From an uncultured bacterium (GTDB lineage Bacteria; Cyanobacteriota; Vampirovibrionia; Gastranaerophilales; Gastranaerophilaceae), in the NCBI GenBank assembly GCA_947169755.1, contig CAMVQX010000001.1, positions 1-40,756 on the forward strand: a stretch of 40,756 nt of DNA. The letters are read 5' to 3'. A program made the translations under genes and the position numbers. The notes beneath the pieces were generated by a model. The model had not been told where the DNA came from, made no database searches, and saw nothing but the letters and a program-made list of their open reading frames with translations. Of this stretch, positions 19,394 to 28,257 are shown piece by piece. The stretch's first letter is position 1, and each line of letters opens with the position of its first letter.

Positions 19394-19999
19394 TTACAAA
19401 ACACAACCATCTGTTGATAAAATTTCATCAACAGAACGAGGTTCATAATTCATATAAGGTATCATACAACCAACATTGTACATACGACAAACATCAGTTT
19501 TGTTTCCTCCTTCTTCAGGATTTTTAGAATACAAATTTTGAATAAGCATTTTGTCATGCTCCATCATATTCCAATCAAACGAGTTGTGAACATGTCCATA
19601 AAAATGAAGCCAACCGTGAAACGAATTTTTGAAGCACGGCATGGGATAATGACTCAGTACAATGGAATGCTTTTTGTCTAAATACAGTTCCATATAATCT
19701 ACAACTTCACAAAATACATTCTTGAAAAGCTTTTCGTTTGATTTTCTGAAATACATTTTGTCGTGATTCCCTAAAATCAAATGTTTGTTTCCGTGAAGTT
19801 TACGATAATATTCAGAAATTGTTTCAGAATTTGCAAATCCTATGTCTCCAAGTATATAAACATCATCAGATCCTGTTATTTTTGCATTCCATTTTTGCAT
19901 AATAACAGAATCGTGCTCTTCAATCGTTGTAAATGGGCGATTGTCGTATGCTAATATATTTGTATGACCGATATGTAAGTCACTTATAAAATATTTCAT
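19394..19999 (-). CDS. calcineurin-like metallophosphoesterase
   Basis: SDLH.GH, LGD, GNHD, SHYP, GHVH. Confidence 0.9.
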   Translation of the reverse strand: MKYFISDLHIGHTNILAYDNRPFTTIEEHDSVIMQKWNAKITGSDDVYILGDIGFANSETISEYYRKLHGNKHLILGNHDKMYFRKSNEKLFKNVFCEVVDYMELYLDKKHSIVLSHYPMPCFKNSFHGWLHFYGHVHNSFDWNMMEHDKMLIQNLYSKNPEEGGNKTDVCRMYNVGCMIPYMNYEPRSVDEILSTDGCVL

Positions 20000-20016
20000 A
20001 TATTTTTATTTTTATA

Positions 20017-20050
20017 CAAATATACAAACAAAATTAGCAAAAAATGTTAA
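20017..20050 (-). promoter_or_regulatory. promoter TTAACA-N20-TATATTTG
   Basis: Same motif and spacing. Confidence 0.7.
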
Positions 20051-20237
20051 AGAAATGTGTAATAATCATAGAACGAACAAGATAATAAACATCGCTGTCT
20101 TCTGTTGTTTTCTCTAAATCCTCTTTCATTGCTAAAGTGCGTTCATTTGAAAGAGAAATGGTCCATTCCAAGATGTCTCCAACAAGGATATCATCTTTCG
20201 ATTTTCTTTCTACAAAATAAATTGTTTCAAACTGCAT
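20034..20237 (-). CDS. small hypothetical protein
   Basis: 67-aa ORF. Confidence 0.5.
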   Translation of the reverse strand: MQFETIYFVERKSKDDILVGDILEWTISLSNERTLAMKEDLEKTTEDSDVYYLVRSMIITHFFNIFC

Positions 20238-20276
20238 ATATTAAAGTAATGTTAATGACAATACTGTATATTATAT

Positions 20277-20630
20277 TTAATCAATTTCGTGTATGTCTGA
20301 AAATCCTTGTGAAACTAACGAAGTTTCAAACTCTGCTAAGTTGTAGCCTAACGCTTTTGCTATTTTGTATTCAAGATTTGCTCCGCTTGAACTTTCCCAT
20401 CCTGGAATAAACACAACAGTATCGCAATTCATAAGTTCAGCAATACAAAATTTCATATTTTCCTGCCAAGTATATTGTTCTCCTCCTAAAAGAATAGGAT
20501 TTACAACTTCTGCGTTAAAATATTTTTTTGCAAATTCAACAGCATCTGCAAAGTTTTTTGTATATTCTTTTATATCTAGACCTGTTACTTTTCCGGCTAT
20601 ATAAACTCTTTTAGGAACAAAATTTGTCAT
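20277..20630 (-). CDS. DUF4406 (nucleoside deoxyribosyltransferase-like) protein
   Basis: VYIAGKVTG, VVNP, L..CD, PGWE.S.GA.LE..IA. Confidence 0.85.
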   Translation of the reverse strand: MTNFVPKRVYIAGKVTGLDIKEYTKNFADAVEFAKKYFNAEVVNPILLGGEQYTWQENMKFCIAELMNCDTVVFIPGWESSSGANLEYKIAKALGYNLAEFETSLVSQGFSDIHEID

Positions 20631-20670
20631 AACATTAAAATTTAATACAAATTATTATATTTTGAAAATA

Positions 20671-20694
20671 AAAAAGGTTTACCGAAGTAAACCT
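20671..20694 (-). terminator. intrinsic terminator
   Basis: AGGTTTAC-TTCG-GTAAACCT hairpin plus T-run. Confidence 0.75.
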
Positions 20695-20723
20695 ACAAAA
20701 ATATCTTTTAACTTATGGTATTA

Positions 20724-21278
20724 TTAAAAGTTTGTTTTGTTGTATAAAAGTTTCCATTCATTGCCGCCGTCCATTGCAAGTTCTTGAAGATATGCGTTAA
20801 AACAATTAACAACAGTATCAGAATTTCCACTTGTATGAGGCATTAGTTTTCCGAACCAAGCATCAACAGTTGATTTGTCTATTCTTAACTCGCCATCTGT
20901 AAAATCGAATATTAAATATTCTTTTCCTAATCTACCGTCTTCAAGTCTAATTTTATTAAAGAAAGAAGGCTTTTTATTATCTGCTGAAATATAAATTTCG
21001 GCATGATACGTTTTTTCGCCTTCAGGTATAGCATGATTTGTATCATTACTAGCACAGCCCAATGACATATAAACATGATTTCCTTTATATTGTTTATAAA
21101 AATATGTCATATAATGATCGTACTCCTGTTTTACAATTCCATTGTCAATAAGAAACTTTTTAATATCATCAAGTGTACCAAAAGTAGGAATGGTATAATT
21201 TTTTGACTCGTTTAGCATTTCTGCAAATTCGCCTTGCCAAATATTTTCATTTACAAATTCTTCAAAGTTCTGTATCAT
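20724..21278 (-). CDS. hypothetical protein with CTS-like N-terminus
   Basis: MIQNFEEFVNE. Confidence 0.65.
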   Translation of the reverse strand: MIQNFEEFVNENIWQGEFAEMLNESKNYTIPTFGTLDDIKKFLIDNGIVKQEYDHYMTYFYKQYKGNHVYMSLGCASNDTNHAIPEGEKTYHAEIYISADNKKPSFFNKIRLEDGRLGKEYLIFDFTDGELRIDKSTVDAWFGKLMPHTSGNSDTVVNCFNAYLQELAMDGGNEWKLLYNKTNF

Positions 21279-21294
21279 TGTTCTTATTTATTTT

Positions 21295-21588
21295 TTATTT
21301 GTTTTTAAGCCATTTGTTATCCCACTGCCATACAGAAGTACAACCTGTTGAATCTTCTAATGCAACCAAAATTGTATTTCTTGGAAGATCTCCGCCATCT
21401 ACTTCTGGAGTCATTGCTCCGCTTGAGTCATACTTTGACAAAAGGCTTCTTACTGCACTTGTATCTGTAATTCTACAAAAATCTATAACAGTATATTGTT
21501 CTCCGTCTACACCTTTAACTTCGTCTCCTTCTTGCGGTATACTATTGAGTTTAGATTCGTTTATAAATTCATTGAATTTTTTAATCAT
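21295..21588 (-). CDS. hypothetical protein with CTS-like N-terminus
   Basis: MIKKFNEFINE (start reassigned to 21588). Confidence 0.65.
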   Translation of the reverse strand: MIKKFNEFINESKLNSIPQEGDEVKGVDGEQYTVIDFCRITDTSAVRSLLSKYDSSGAMTPEVDGGDLPRNTILVALEDSTGCTSVWQWDNKWLKNK

Positions 21589-21601
21589 TTCCACAATTAT
21601 T

Positions 21602-22282
21602 TTATTCCATTGTTGAATATCTCTTGTCTGGATTTTCAATCCAATATTTTGCTCTGCACTCTCTTACATTGTAATAGTTTACTTTGTAAGTCCAAGAGTA
21701 AAATCTTCTTACAAGATGACGATCTGCTTCAATGTCAATATCGTCCATAATCACTGTAGGTCCTTTTCCATCTTTTGTTCTGCAAATCCAAGTTTTTTCA
21801 GAGTCAACTTTGTAACCGTCAATTTCTAAATCAAGCGGCTCAATATTTGAATCTGTAGAGATTTCTCTTACGTTGTGAGCTTTTTTGAATTCTGCAGCTT
21901 CTTTTCTACGTTGAGCTTCAGAAGGCAAAATAAGAGGAATTTCTTTTCCACCGTTGTATTCTTTTGCCAAATCTTGTTGCTCTGTAAAGAACACTTGAAT
22001 AAGAACGGCCATATTAGTTTCTTTACTATCAGGATCTGGACAAGGATCTTTTACAATATCAAAAAGTCTTCTTTGAAACTCTGCTGAATTGATAAGTTTT
22101 GGACCAAAATGATATGGATTTTTGTCATAATATGCTTTAATAGAATTCCAGGACCTTTCAGCCTTTGCTTTGGTTGAAAAGTCCTTAGAATTTGTTTTTT
22201 GCGCAGCATCAATAAGCATTGTTATGCCTAATCCATTGCTTGATATAGCTTCATTTATAAATTCATCAAATGAAAATAGCAT
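21602..22282 (-). CDS. hypothetical protein with CTS-like N-terminus
   Basis: MLFSFDEFINE. Confidence 0.65.
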   Translation of the reverse strand: MLFSFDEFINEAISSNGLGITMLIDAAQKTNSKDFSTKAKAERSWNSIKAYYDKNPYHFGPKLINSAEFQRRLFDIVKDPCPDPDSKETNMAVLIQVFFTEQQDLAKEYNGGKEIPLILPSEAQRRKEAAEFKKAHNVREISTDSNIEPLDLEIDGYKVDSEKTWICRTKDGKGPTVIMDDIDIEADRHLVRRFYSWTYKVNYYNVRECRAKYWIENPDKRYSTME

Positions 22283-22303
22283 TAATATAAATATTTTGTT
22301 TAT

Positions 22304-23710
22304 TTATTCTTTAGCAGGAAAACATTTTCCTATGCCAACATAAAACCACTTTTTCCACAACTCTTGTCCAACTAAAGCATTTCTTCCATCAATAAAGACA
22401 GGATATTCATAATTGTGTTTATGATCTGAATTGATATATTCTTCTCTAATATATTCCCAATCTAATTGTTGGTATTCTTGCCAATCTGTAACCAAAACGA
22501 TAGCATCTACATTAGTGCAACATGCACATACATTGTCGTAATATTCAACAAGTCTTTCATCAGCAAAAATTACTTTGCAATTAAGCAATGCAACAGGATC
22601 ATGAACATTTACATTGGCTCCATGTAAAATTAAGCTGTTTATTAAATTTATTGCAGGAGCTTCTCTCATATCATCGGTGTTTGCTTTAAAAGCACAACCC
22701 AATACTGCTATAGTTTTTCCTCTCAGTGAAAATTTGTCTCTGCTTAAACCACTTACAGCATACATTGCTTCGTTAAGCTTTTCAAACAAAGTATTTTTTT
22801 GACATTCGTTTGTTTCCTCTGCTGCTTTTATTACTTTCATATCAACTCCGTGTTCTTCTCCTGTTTTAATAAGAGCTTTAACGTCTTTAGGAAAACAACT
22901 TCCGCCATATCCGCAACCTGCTTTTAAGAAATACGGGCCAATACGTCTATCAAGTCCCATACCTTTTGCAACCATTTCAACATCAGCTCCAGTACGCTCA
23001 CACAAATTTGCAATGTCATTTATAAATGAAATTCTTGTTGCAAGCATTGCGTTTGAAGCATATTTAATCATCTCAGCAGACCAAATGTCACAGTGAACAA
23101 TTTTGTCAAGTTTTCTTTCTTCTGAAAAGCCATAAACTTCATCATACAGTTTGTCCATGACTTTTCTAGCTTGCTCATTGTTTGTACCGATGACAATTCT
23201 GTCTGGATGAATGACATCTTCAACAGCACAGCCTTCTTTCAAAAATTCTGGATTGCTGCAAAGGCCAAAGTCTCTTACCATTCCAAATCTTTTTCTATGT
23301 TCGTTCATAATAACTTCACGAACTTTGTCGGCTGTACCTACTGGAACAGTAGATTTTGTAACAAATACTTTATAATCGTTTTGACATTCTCCAAATGTTT
23401 TTGCAACTGCAAGAACATAACGTAAATCAGCAGATCCGTCTTCTCCTGGAGGTGTTCCAACAGCAGAAAACACAACTTCAGATTCTTCGATAGCTTTCTT
23501 TATATCTGTTGTAAATTTAATTTTGTTGTTTCTTACAACAGTTCTTAGCATATCTTCAAGTCCTGGCTCATATATAATACATTCGCCAGAATTTAATCTG
23601 TTTATTTTATTTTCATTATTATCAACGCAAATTACGTCCACACCGCTGTTTGCAAAACATACACCAGTAACAAGTCCAACGTAACCAGTACCAATAATAG
23701 CAACTTTCAT
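22304..23710 (-). CDS. ugd: UDP-glucose 6-dehydrogenase
   Basis: GTGYVG, AVGTP, KSTVPVGT, SNPEFLKEG, GYGGSCFPKD, AFKANTDDMRE, DGRN. Confidence 0.95.
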   Translation of the reverse strand: MKVAIIGTGYVGLVTGVCFANSGVDVICVDNNENKINRLNSGECIIYEPGLEDMLRTVVRNNKIKFTTDIKKAIEESEVVFSAVGTPPGEDGSADLRYVLAVAKTFGECQNDYKVFVTKSTVPVGTADKVREVIMNEHRKRFGMVRDFGLCSNPEFLKEGCAVEDVIHPDRIVIGTNNEQARKVMDKLYDEVYGFSEERKLDKIVHCDIWSAEMIKYASNAMLATRISFINDIANLCERTGADVEMVAKGMGLDRRIGPYFLKAGCGYGGSCFPKDVKALIKTGEEHGVDMKVIKAAEETNECQKNTLFEKLNEAMYAVSGLSRDKFSLRGKTIAVLGCAFKANTDDMREAPAINLINSLILHGANVNVHDPVALLNCKVIFADERLVEYYDNVCACCTNVDAIVLVTDWQEYQQLDWEYIREEYINSDHKHNYEYPVFIDGRNALVGQELWKKWFYVGIGKCFPAKE

Positions 23711-23795
23711 ACTTTAACTTAATTTATTTTATTTTATTATATTTATGTCAGTGCTAAAGTTTACTTTTTGAATAAATAAACAAATAAGTAAAACT

Positions 23796-24587
23796 ATGTG
23801 TAAGCTTGAATTTAATGAATTGCTTTCATTGATTTTTGGCAAAAAGATAGAAGAAACAACAGGTGAAGTTGTAGAAAACACTATAACAGAAACAGAATGC
23901 CCAACTCCGTCTGAAAAGCCATTAGAAATTATTGAAATTGAAATGAAAAATGTAGTAATTTGTCTTGACAATGGACACGGTGACAATACTCCAGGAAAGT
24001 GTTCGCCTTGGTCAGCTTGCAAAGTTCCACCTGAACTTCCTTTTAGAGAGTATGCATATACAAGAGAACTTGTAAAAATGTTAACTCCTGTTTTAGAAGA
24101 AGAAGGATACGAAGTATATCAAGTAGTTCCTGAAGAATACGATGTAACCCTTGCTGAAAGATGCAGCCGTATAAACAAAAAGGTAAAACAAGCAGCTGCT
24201 GAAGGAAAACATTCACTTATGATAAGCATTCATAACAATGCAGCAGGAAATGGAAGAGAATGGAAAAAAGCATACGGTTGGTCAGTTTGGACAACAAGAG
24301 GACAGAACAATTCTGACAAGTTGGCTCAATGCTTGTATGATGCTGCAGTAGAAGTATTGACTCCACTTGGACAAAAGACTCGCAAAGACAGAAGCGATGG
24401 AGATGATGACTATGAAGCAGGTTTCTATATAACAAAAGGATCTAACTGCCCTGCAGTTCTTGTAGAGAATATGTTTCAAGACTGTATAGATGAAGTAAAA
24501 TGGATGCTTACAGATGAAGGAAAACAAGCACTTGTTGAAATCCACAGAAGAGGAATAAACAAGTTCGTAGAAATGATGAATTGGTAA
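23796..24587 (+). CDS. N-acetylmuramoyl-L-alanine amidase (Amidase_3)
   Basis: LDNGHG, RE, ISIHNNA, PAVLVEN.F. Confidence 0.9.
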   Translation: MCKLEFNELLSLIFGKKIEETTGEVVENTITETECPTPSEKPLEIIEIEMKNVVICLDNGHGDNTPGKCSPWSACKVPPELPFREYAYTRELVKMLTPVLEEEGYEVYQVVPEEYDVTLAERCSRINKKVKQAAAEGKHSLMISIHNNAAGNGREWKKAYGWSVWTTRGQNNSDKLAQCLYDAAVEVLTPLGQKTRKDRSDGDDDYEAGFYITKGSNCPAVLVENMFQDCIDEVKWMLTDEGKQALVEIHRRGINKFVEMMNW

Positions 24588-24611
24588 AAATAAATAATAA
24601 AAATATTATAT

Positions 24612-24869
24612 ATGTCTTTTGTAAAATATAGTTGGAGTATAAGTTTGTCTAATTTAGAACATGAAACATTTAAAACTGTTGAAGATTCGCAAGATTCAGA
24701 CAATTCTTCAAAACCAACATTTCAATCTCCTGATGAAGCATACAAAGACGGTCTTAAAGCATTAAAAAAGTATTATGACAAAATTTATATGCTTGAAGTA
24801 TATGACAACACAGGAAATTATAGTAACTATATGGCAGTAAACAACAAAGGAAAAATAACAGAATACTAA
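24612..24869 (+). CDS. hypothetical protein
   Basis: 85-aa ORF. Confidence 0.55.
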   Translation: MSFVKYSWSISLSNLEHETFKTVEDSQDSDNSSKPTFQSPDEAYKDGLKALKKYYDKIYMLEVYDNTGNYSNYMAVNNKGKITEY

Positions 24870-24870
24870 A

Positions 24871-25326
24871 ATGATAGACAGTAAAATCAAAAATTTTAAT
24901 GAGTTTGAAAAGGTAAATGAAGCTTTTCAACAGAGAGACAGAACTTCATATGAATGTTATATGATAACTTTTGATGCTTTCGCAGACGACTACAACGAAG
25001 GAGAAGATTCAAAACCATATACAACAGACACAGTTAGAGACAGCATACAAGATTATACTCTTGACGGTCTTCTAAAGAAAGTTGCTTCAGACTATAGTCA
25101 TTGGATCATCGAACCAATCAACAAAGAAAATTCATATTATGATGCTCCTTTTATTCGTTGCAGTTTTGGTCCTGTAAATAGAAATTGGGAACCTCTGTCA
25201 AAATCTGAAGAAGCTGCTTGGAAGGAAGGATCATTTACTGCTTATGAAACTTATGTAAATTTGTATATCCGCAAAATAGAAGATGTTCCCAGTGCAGAAG
25301 CATTTAAATTCGTAGGCAAACCTTGA
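24871..25326 (+). CDS. hypothetical protein with CTS-like N-terminus
   Basis: KIKNFNEFEKVNE. Confidence 0.65.
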   Translation: MIDSKIKNFNEFEKVNEAFQQRDRTSYECYMITFDAFADDYNEGEDSKPYTTDTVRDSIQDYTLDGLLKKVASDYSHWIIEPINKENSYYDAPFIRCSFGPVNRNWEPLSKSEEAAWKEGSFTAYETYVNLYIRKIEDVPSAEAFKFVGKP

Positions 25327-25346
25327 TAAAAATATACAAAACAAAC

Positions 25347-25370
25347 AGCCGAGCAATTTGCTCGGCTTTA
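25347..25370. terminator. hairpin terminator between convergent genes
   Basis: AGCCGAGCAA/TTGCTCGGCT inverted repeat followed by T's. Confidence 0.7.
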
Positions 25371-25371
25371 T

Positions 25372-26124
25372 TTATGCAGATTTGTATGTAAACTCTTTAA
25401 TGATGAACGGAGTACCGTTTTCTTTATATTTGAAATAGTCATTTTGTGTAAAATTGTCTCCAACTGCAAAATCAATACAGATATACATTTCTTTTCCAAG
25501 ATTTTCCAATATATTGTATCCGTGTTGTGTATCTTTTTCAGTTATTTTCATAACTCTATGACCGTTGTAATATACTTCAACGAGGTCATTTCTCCAAATC
25601 AAGTCGCAAGTGTTCCATTTGTCAAGTTTTTGCAACCAAGAATATGTTGCTCTATCAGAGCCAAAACTTCCATAACCTTTTCCATAAGCAGTTTCACCAT
25701 CTTTTGCATAGAATACTCCAGGATGTATATTGTTGAACAATGGAAATCTTTTGTAATTTGGTTTGTTTTTGCAGAAATATCCATTTCCGCTCCATCCTTC
25801 AACAATGTCTATTTCAGGCGGCCAAGAGTTTACTCCAGACAGCCAAATTGCTGGCCAAAGATGAATTCCTTTTGGAAGTTTATATTCAAAATGAAAGTCT
25901 CCACAAAGAAAAGAATTGCAAGTAGAAATACATCCGCAGCCAAAATCTTTTGAATGACCAATCTCTTCAAAATATACAGATATATTGTTTATTCCCATCA
26001 AAAGACTTCCTTTGTCAGAAACTGTTGTTTCCATTTCATCAGCATACCATACATGATTCTTGTCAGGATGAGCAACTCCCCAAGGTTGTCCATTCATCCA
26101 TTCATAACCTTTCCAATTTAACAT
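25372..26124 (-). CDS. glycoside hydrolase family 16
   Basis: WPAIW and EIDIVE catalytic motif. Confidence 0.85.
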   Translation of the reverse strand: MLNWKGYEWMNGQPWGVAHPDKNHVWYADEMETTVSDKGSLLMGINNISVYFEEIGHSKDFGCGCISTCNSFLCGDFHFEYKLPKGIHLWPAIWLSGVNSWPPEIDIVEGWSGNGYFCKNKPNYKRFPLFNNIHPGVFYAKDGETAYGKGYGSFGSDRATYSWLQKLDKWNTCDLIWRNDLVEVYYNGHRVMKITEKDTQHGYNILENLGKEMYICIDFAVGDNFTQNDYFKYKENGTPFIIKEFTYKSA

Positions 26125-26144
26125 TGTTGCTTTATTTTATATAA

Positions 26145-26170
26145 CAAAAAAGCCGAGTATATACTCGACT
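26145..26170 (-). terminator. intrinsic terminator at the 3' end of the RNA island
   Basis: AGTCGAGTATATACTCGGCT followed by T-run. Confidence 0.6.
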
Positions 26171-26185
26171 CAAATTTTGAAATTT

Positions 26186-26249
26186 CGCGGAATCTATGTA
26201 CCCAAGTCCTTTACTGTTTATTGTAAATTCTTAAATAGGAAGATTGGCG
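26186..26249 (-). ncRNA. terminal-stem RNA motif, covarying variant
   Basis: GC-C-AATCT-TCCTAT...T-AGATT-CCGC; stem sequence differs but pairing and TCCTAT are kept. Confidence 0.5.
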
Positions 26250-26376
26250 GGGGTAGATATATGTAGGCTAGCTATTGAATTTTCACGTTACTTTTTTAAA
26301 CGCAATTCGTGCAATTACGGACCATATATCGTTACCGTTCACTATGCAAAATTTCTATTGTGGAAATATTCTTTTG

Positions 26377-26450
26377 TGCCCGCACCTAGATTCGAACTAG
26401 GGACCTCTTGTGTGTAAAACAAGTACTCTAAACCACTGAGTTATACGGGC
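26377..26450 (-). tRNA. tRNA-Val(TAC)
   Basis: Cloverleaf, loop TT TAC AC. Confidence 0.93.
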
Positions 26451-26474
26451 AAATTTATAATTATAAAATGAAGT

Positions 26475-26918
26475 TTATTTGTGTTTAATATTTTTAGATC
26501 TGAAATTATCAGTTTGTGAATGACAGTTCGGACACAACAATTGCAAATTATCAAGTAAATGATTGCAACTATTTCCATCAATGTGATGAAGTTCTAAATT
26601 TAATGGTTTTCCATTCCATTCACTTATACCGCAACATTCACATTTGTTTTCTTTTATTCCCTCTTTAATCAATCTATTTTTCAATTTGAAAGATTGATAT
26701 TCAGGATGTTTTCCATTTAATATGTCTTGCAAATTATAAGCACTTGGACAAGGTTCACCTTTAACATCCTTTCCACCTTGATTAGGTTTATAACATCCAA
26801 ATTTTATAGCGTATTTTTTGAAAGTGTTAAAATGTAATCCTAAAATTTGAGAAGCTTGAGCCATACTTGAAGCAGTATTACAAACTTCTATAAACTTCTG
26901 TTCATCAATATTTACCAT
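26475..26918 (-). CDS. HNH endonuclease (free-standing, homing-type)
   Basis: CECCG...LELHHIDGN..NH...NLQLLCPNCH; start reassigned to MVNIDE. Confidence 0.9.
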   Translation of the reverse strand: MVNIDEQKFIEVCNTASSMAQASQILGLHFNTFKKYAIKFGCYKPNQGGKDVKGEPCPSAYNLQDILNGKHPEYQSFKLKNRLIKEGIKENKCECCGISEWNGKPLNLELHHIDGNSCNHLLDNLQLLCPNCHSQTDNFRSKNIKHK

Positions 26919-26931
26919 AAAATATTTATTG

Positions 26932-27015
26932 TAGCCCGGGTGGGACTCGAACCCACACGCCCTTGCGGGCATCAGATCTTAAGTCTGACGTGTCTACCAA
27001 TTCCACCACCAGGCC
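26932..27015 (-). tRNA. tRNA-Leu(TAA)
   Basis: Long variable arm, loop CT TAA GA. Confidence 0.93.
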
Positions 27016-27051
27016 ATCTGACAATATTTATATAATATTGTCATATTTTGT

Positions 27052-27552
27052 TTAAAATATTTCTTTTACAAATTCAACTTTATGCTTGCAAAGAGTTTCT
27101 CCATTTCTCAATCTTGTCAATCTGCTACAAAATTCTCTTTCAGTCAAAACTGTTTCAGAAATTTTTGATTTTCCAATGCTATGTACAAGTGTTGCATTTC
27201 CTGAAGCTTCAAGTGCTTTTCTAAAACTTTCGTTTTTGTAAAGTTCATCGTAAGCTTCATCAAGCAAATCTTGATACTCTTGAGAATCTCTTTTTATGGG
27301 ATGACCTTGAAAATACAAGGTTTGGTCTCTATACCAATTTTTAGGTTTTCCTTTTTTCTTTGCAGCAAAACCGACAAGTTTGAAAACTTCGGCTTGCATT
27401 TCAGGAGACTTAAACTTAAGTCCTTGCAAAAAACCTTCCATTGAATTGCATTGAAAACCTCTAAAAACAAAAGGATGAGGTGAAAAATTTGACAATGCTT
27501 TTCCTGGATAGTTTTTATTGTTTCCTCCAACTTCCATAATTTCTTCTTCCAT
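27052..27552 (-). CDS. NADAR-family (T4 gp30.3-like) protein
   Basis: ALSNF.PHPF...SMEGFLQGLKF...F..AL...LVHS.GK....TVLT..EF. Confidence 0.75.
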   Translation of the reverse strand: MEEEIMEVGGNNKNYPGKALSNFSPHPFVFRGFQCNSMEGFLQGLKFKSPEMQAEVFKLVGFAAKKKGKPKNWYRDQTLYFQGHPIKRDSQEYQDLLDEAYDELYKNESFRKALEASGNATLVHSIGKSKISETVLTEREFCSRLTRLRNGETLCKHKVEFVKEIF

Positions 27553-27553
27553 A

Positions 27554-27748
27554 TTACTTTGTCAATTCTGCAATTTCTTCCAAAAATTGAGCTTCAACTT
27601 GTTTTCTAACTTTCTCTTCAAGTTTCATTTTCTCAATTTTGTCGTCAATGGAACCGCATTTACGATCCATTGTTTTTTCACTAATAAAATCGGTTTTTCC
27701 GGTACGTTTTCTTTTGCCAAGATTTTTGGTCTTAAATGTATCGCTCAT
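27554..27748 (-). CDS. small hypothetical protein
   Basis: MSDTFKTK... 64 aa. Confidence 0.55.
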   Translation of the reverse strand: MSDTFKTKNLGKRKRTGKTDFISEKTMDRKCGSIDDKIEKMKLEEKVRKQVEAQFLEEIAELTK

Positions 27749-27749
27749 A

Positions 27750-27932
27750 TCAATTATTATATAAACTATCAATTTCTTTGTTTACTTCTTCTTCCAATTT
27801 TTTCATATCTGGATCAGGAATAGACGCCGGTTCACAATGAATAGGTTTGGGTTCCATACACAAAAGAGTATGTCCTTCAACATCCCATCTGTTGCACGGT
27901 TTTGGACCGTGAATACACTCAAAACAACTCAT
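27750..27932 (-). CDS. small Cys-rich hypothetical protein
   Basis: MSCFECIH... 60 aa. Confidence 0.5.
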   Translation of the reverse strand: MSCFECIHGPKPCNRWDVEGHTLLCMEPKPIHCEPASIPDPDMKKLEEEVNKEIDSLYNN

Positions 27933-27963
27933 ATATCTAATTTTTAATTTAATTTAAAATAAA

Positions 27964-28020
27964 CGCGGAAAGTATAGAATTGTAAATAGGCAATTTTTTT
28001 GAATAGGAACTTTCTTTGTG
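27964..28020 (-). ncRNA. terminal-stem RNA motif copy
   Basis: GAAAGT-TCCTAT...T-ACTTTC-CGC. Confidence 0.65.
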
Positions 28021-28173
28021 TATTAGCGAATGAACAGATGATCAAATCTATTCATCCCAGATTGTTGCGTCGACTAGCAATCTACCACTCTTATATTTTT
28101 TGATTACCGACCAATAGGATGCAGAAAAGGTGCTTGATGTCTAGTCACAACAGGCTTCAAAAACTGCAGGTCG

Positions 28174-28247
28174 GGTGGTAAGCCGGATTCGAACCGGCGT
28201 CTCATGTTCCACAGACATGTGTTTTAACCAATTAAACTATAACCACC
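28174..28247 (-). tRNA. tRNA-His(GTG)
   Basis: G-1, C73, loop CT GTG GA. Confidence 0.9.
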
Positions 28248-28257
28248 ATATATAAAA

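Noticed and set aside
1733-25953. Antisense or alternative-frame ORFs (e.g. 1733-2266, 7750-8346, 7772-8290, 12125-12559, 18628-19035, 21203-21616, 25444-25953)
   Set aside because: F/I/S-rich shadows of well-supported genes on the opposite strand
1251-26124. Window-wide TAG recoding
   Set aside because: Long genes here are intact under code 11 with no internal TAG; support for read-through is confined to 30557-31415
26919-26972. N-terminal extension of the HNH ORF (MPARACGFES...)
   Set aside because: It is read from tRNA-Leu sequence; ATG 26918 is the plausible start
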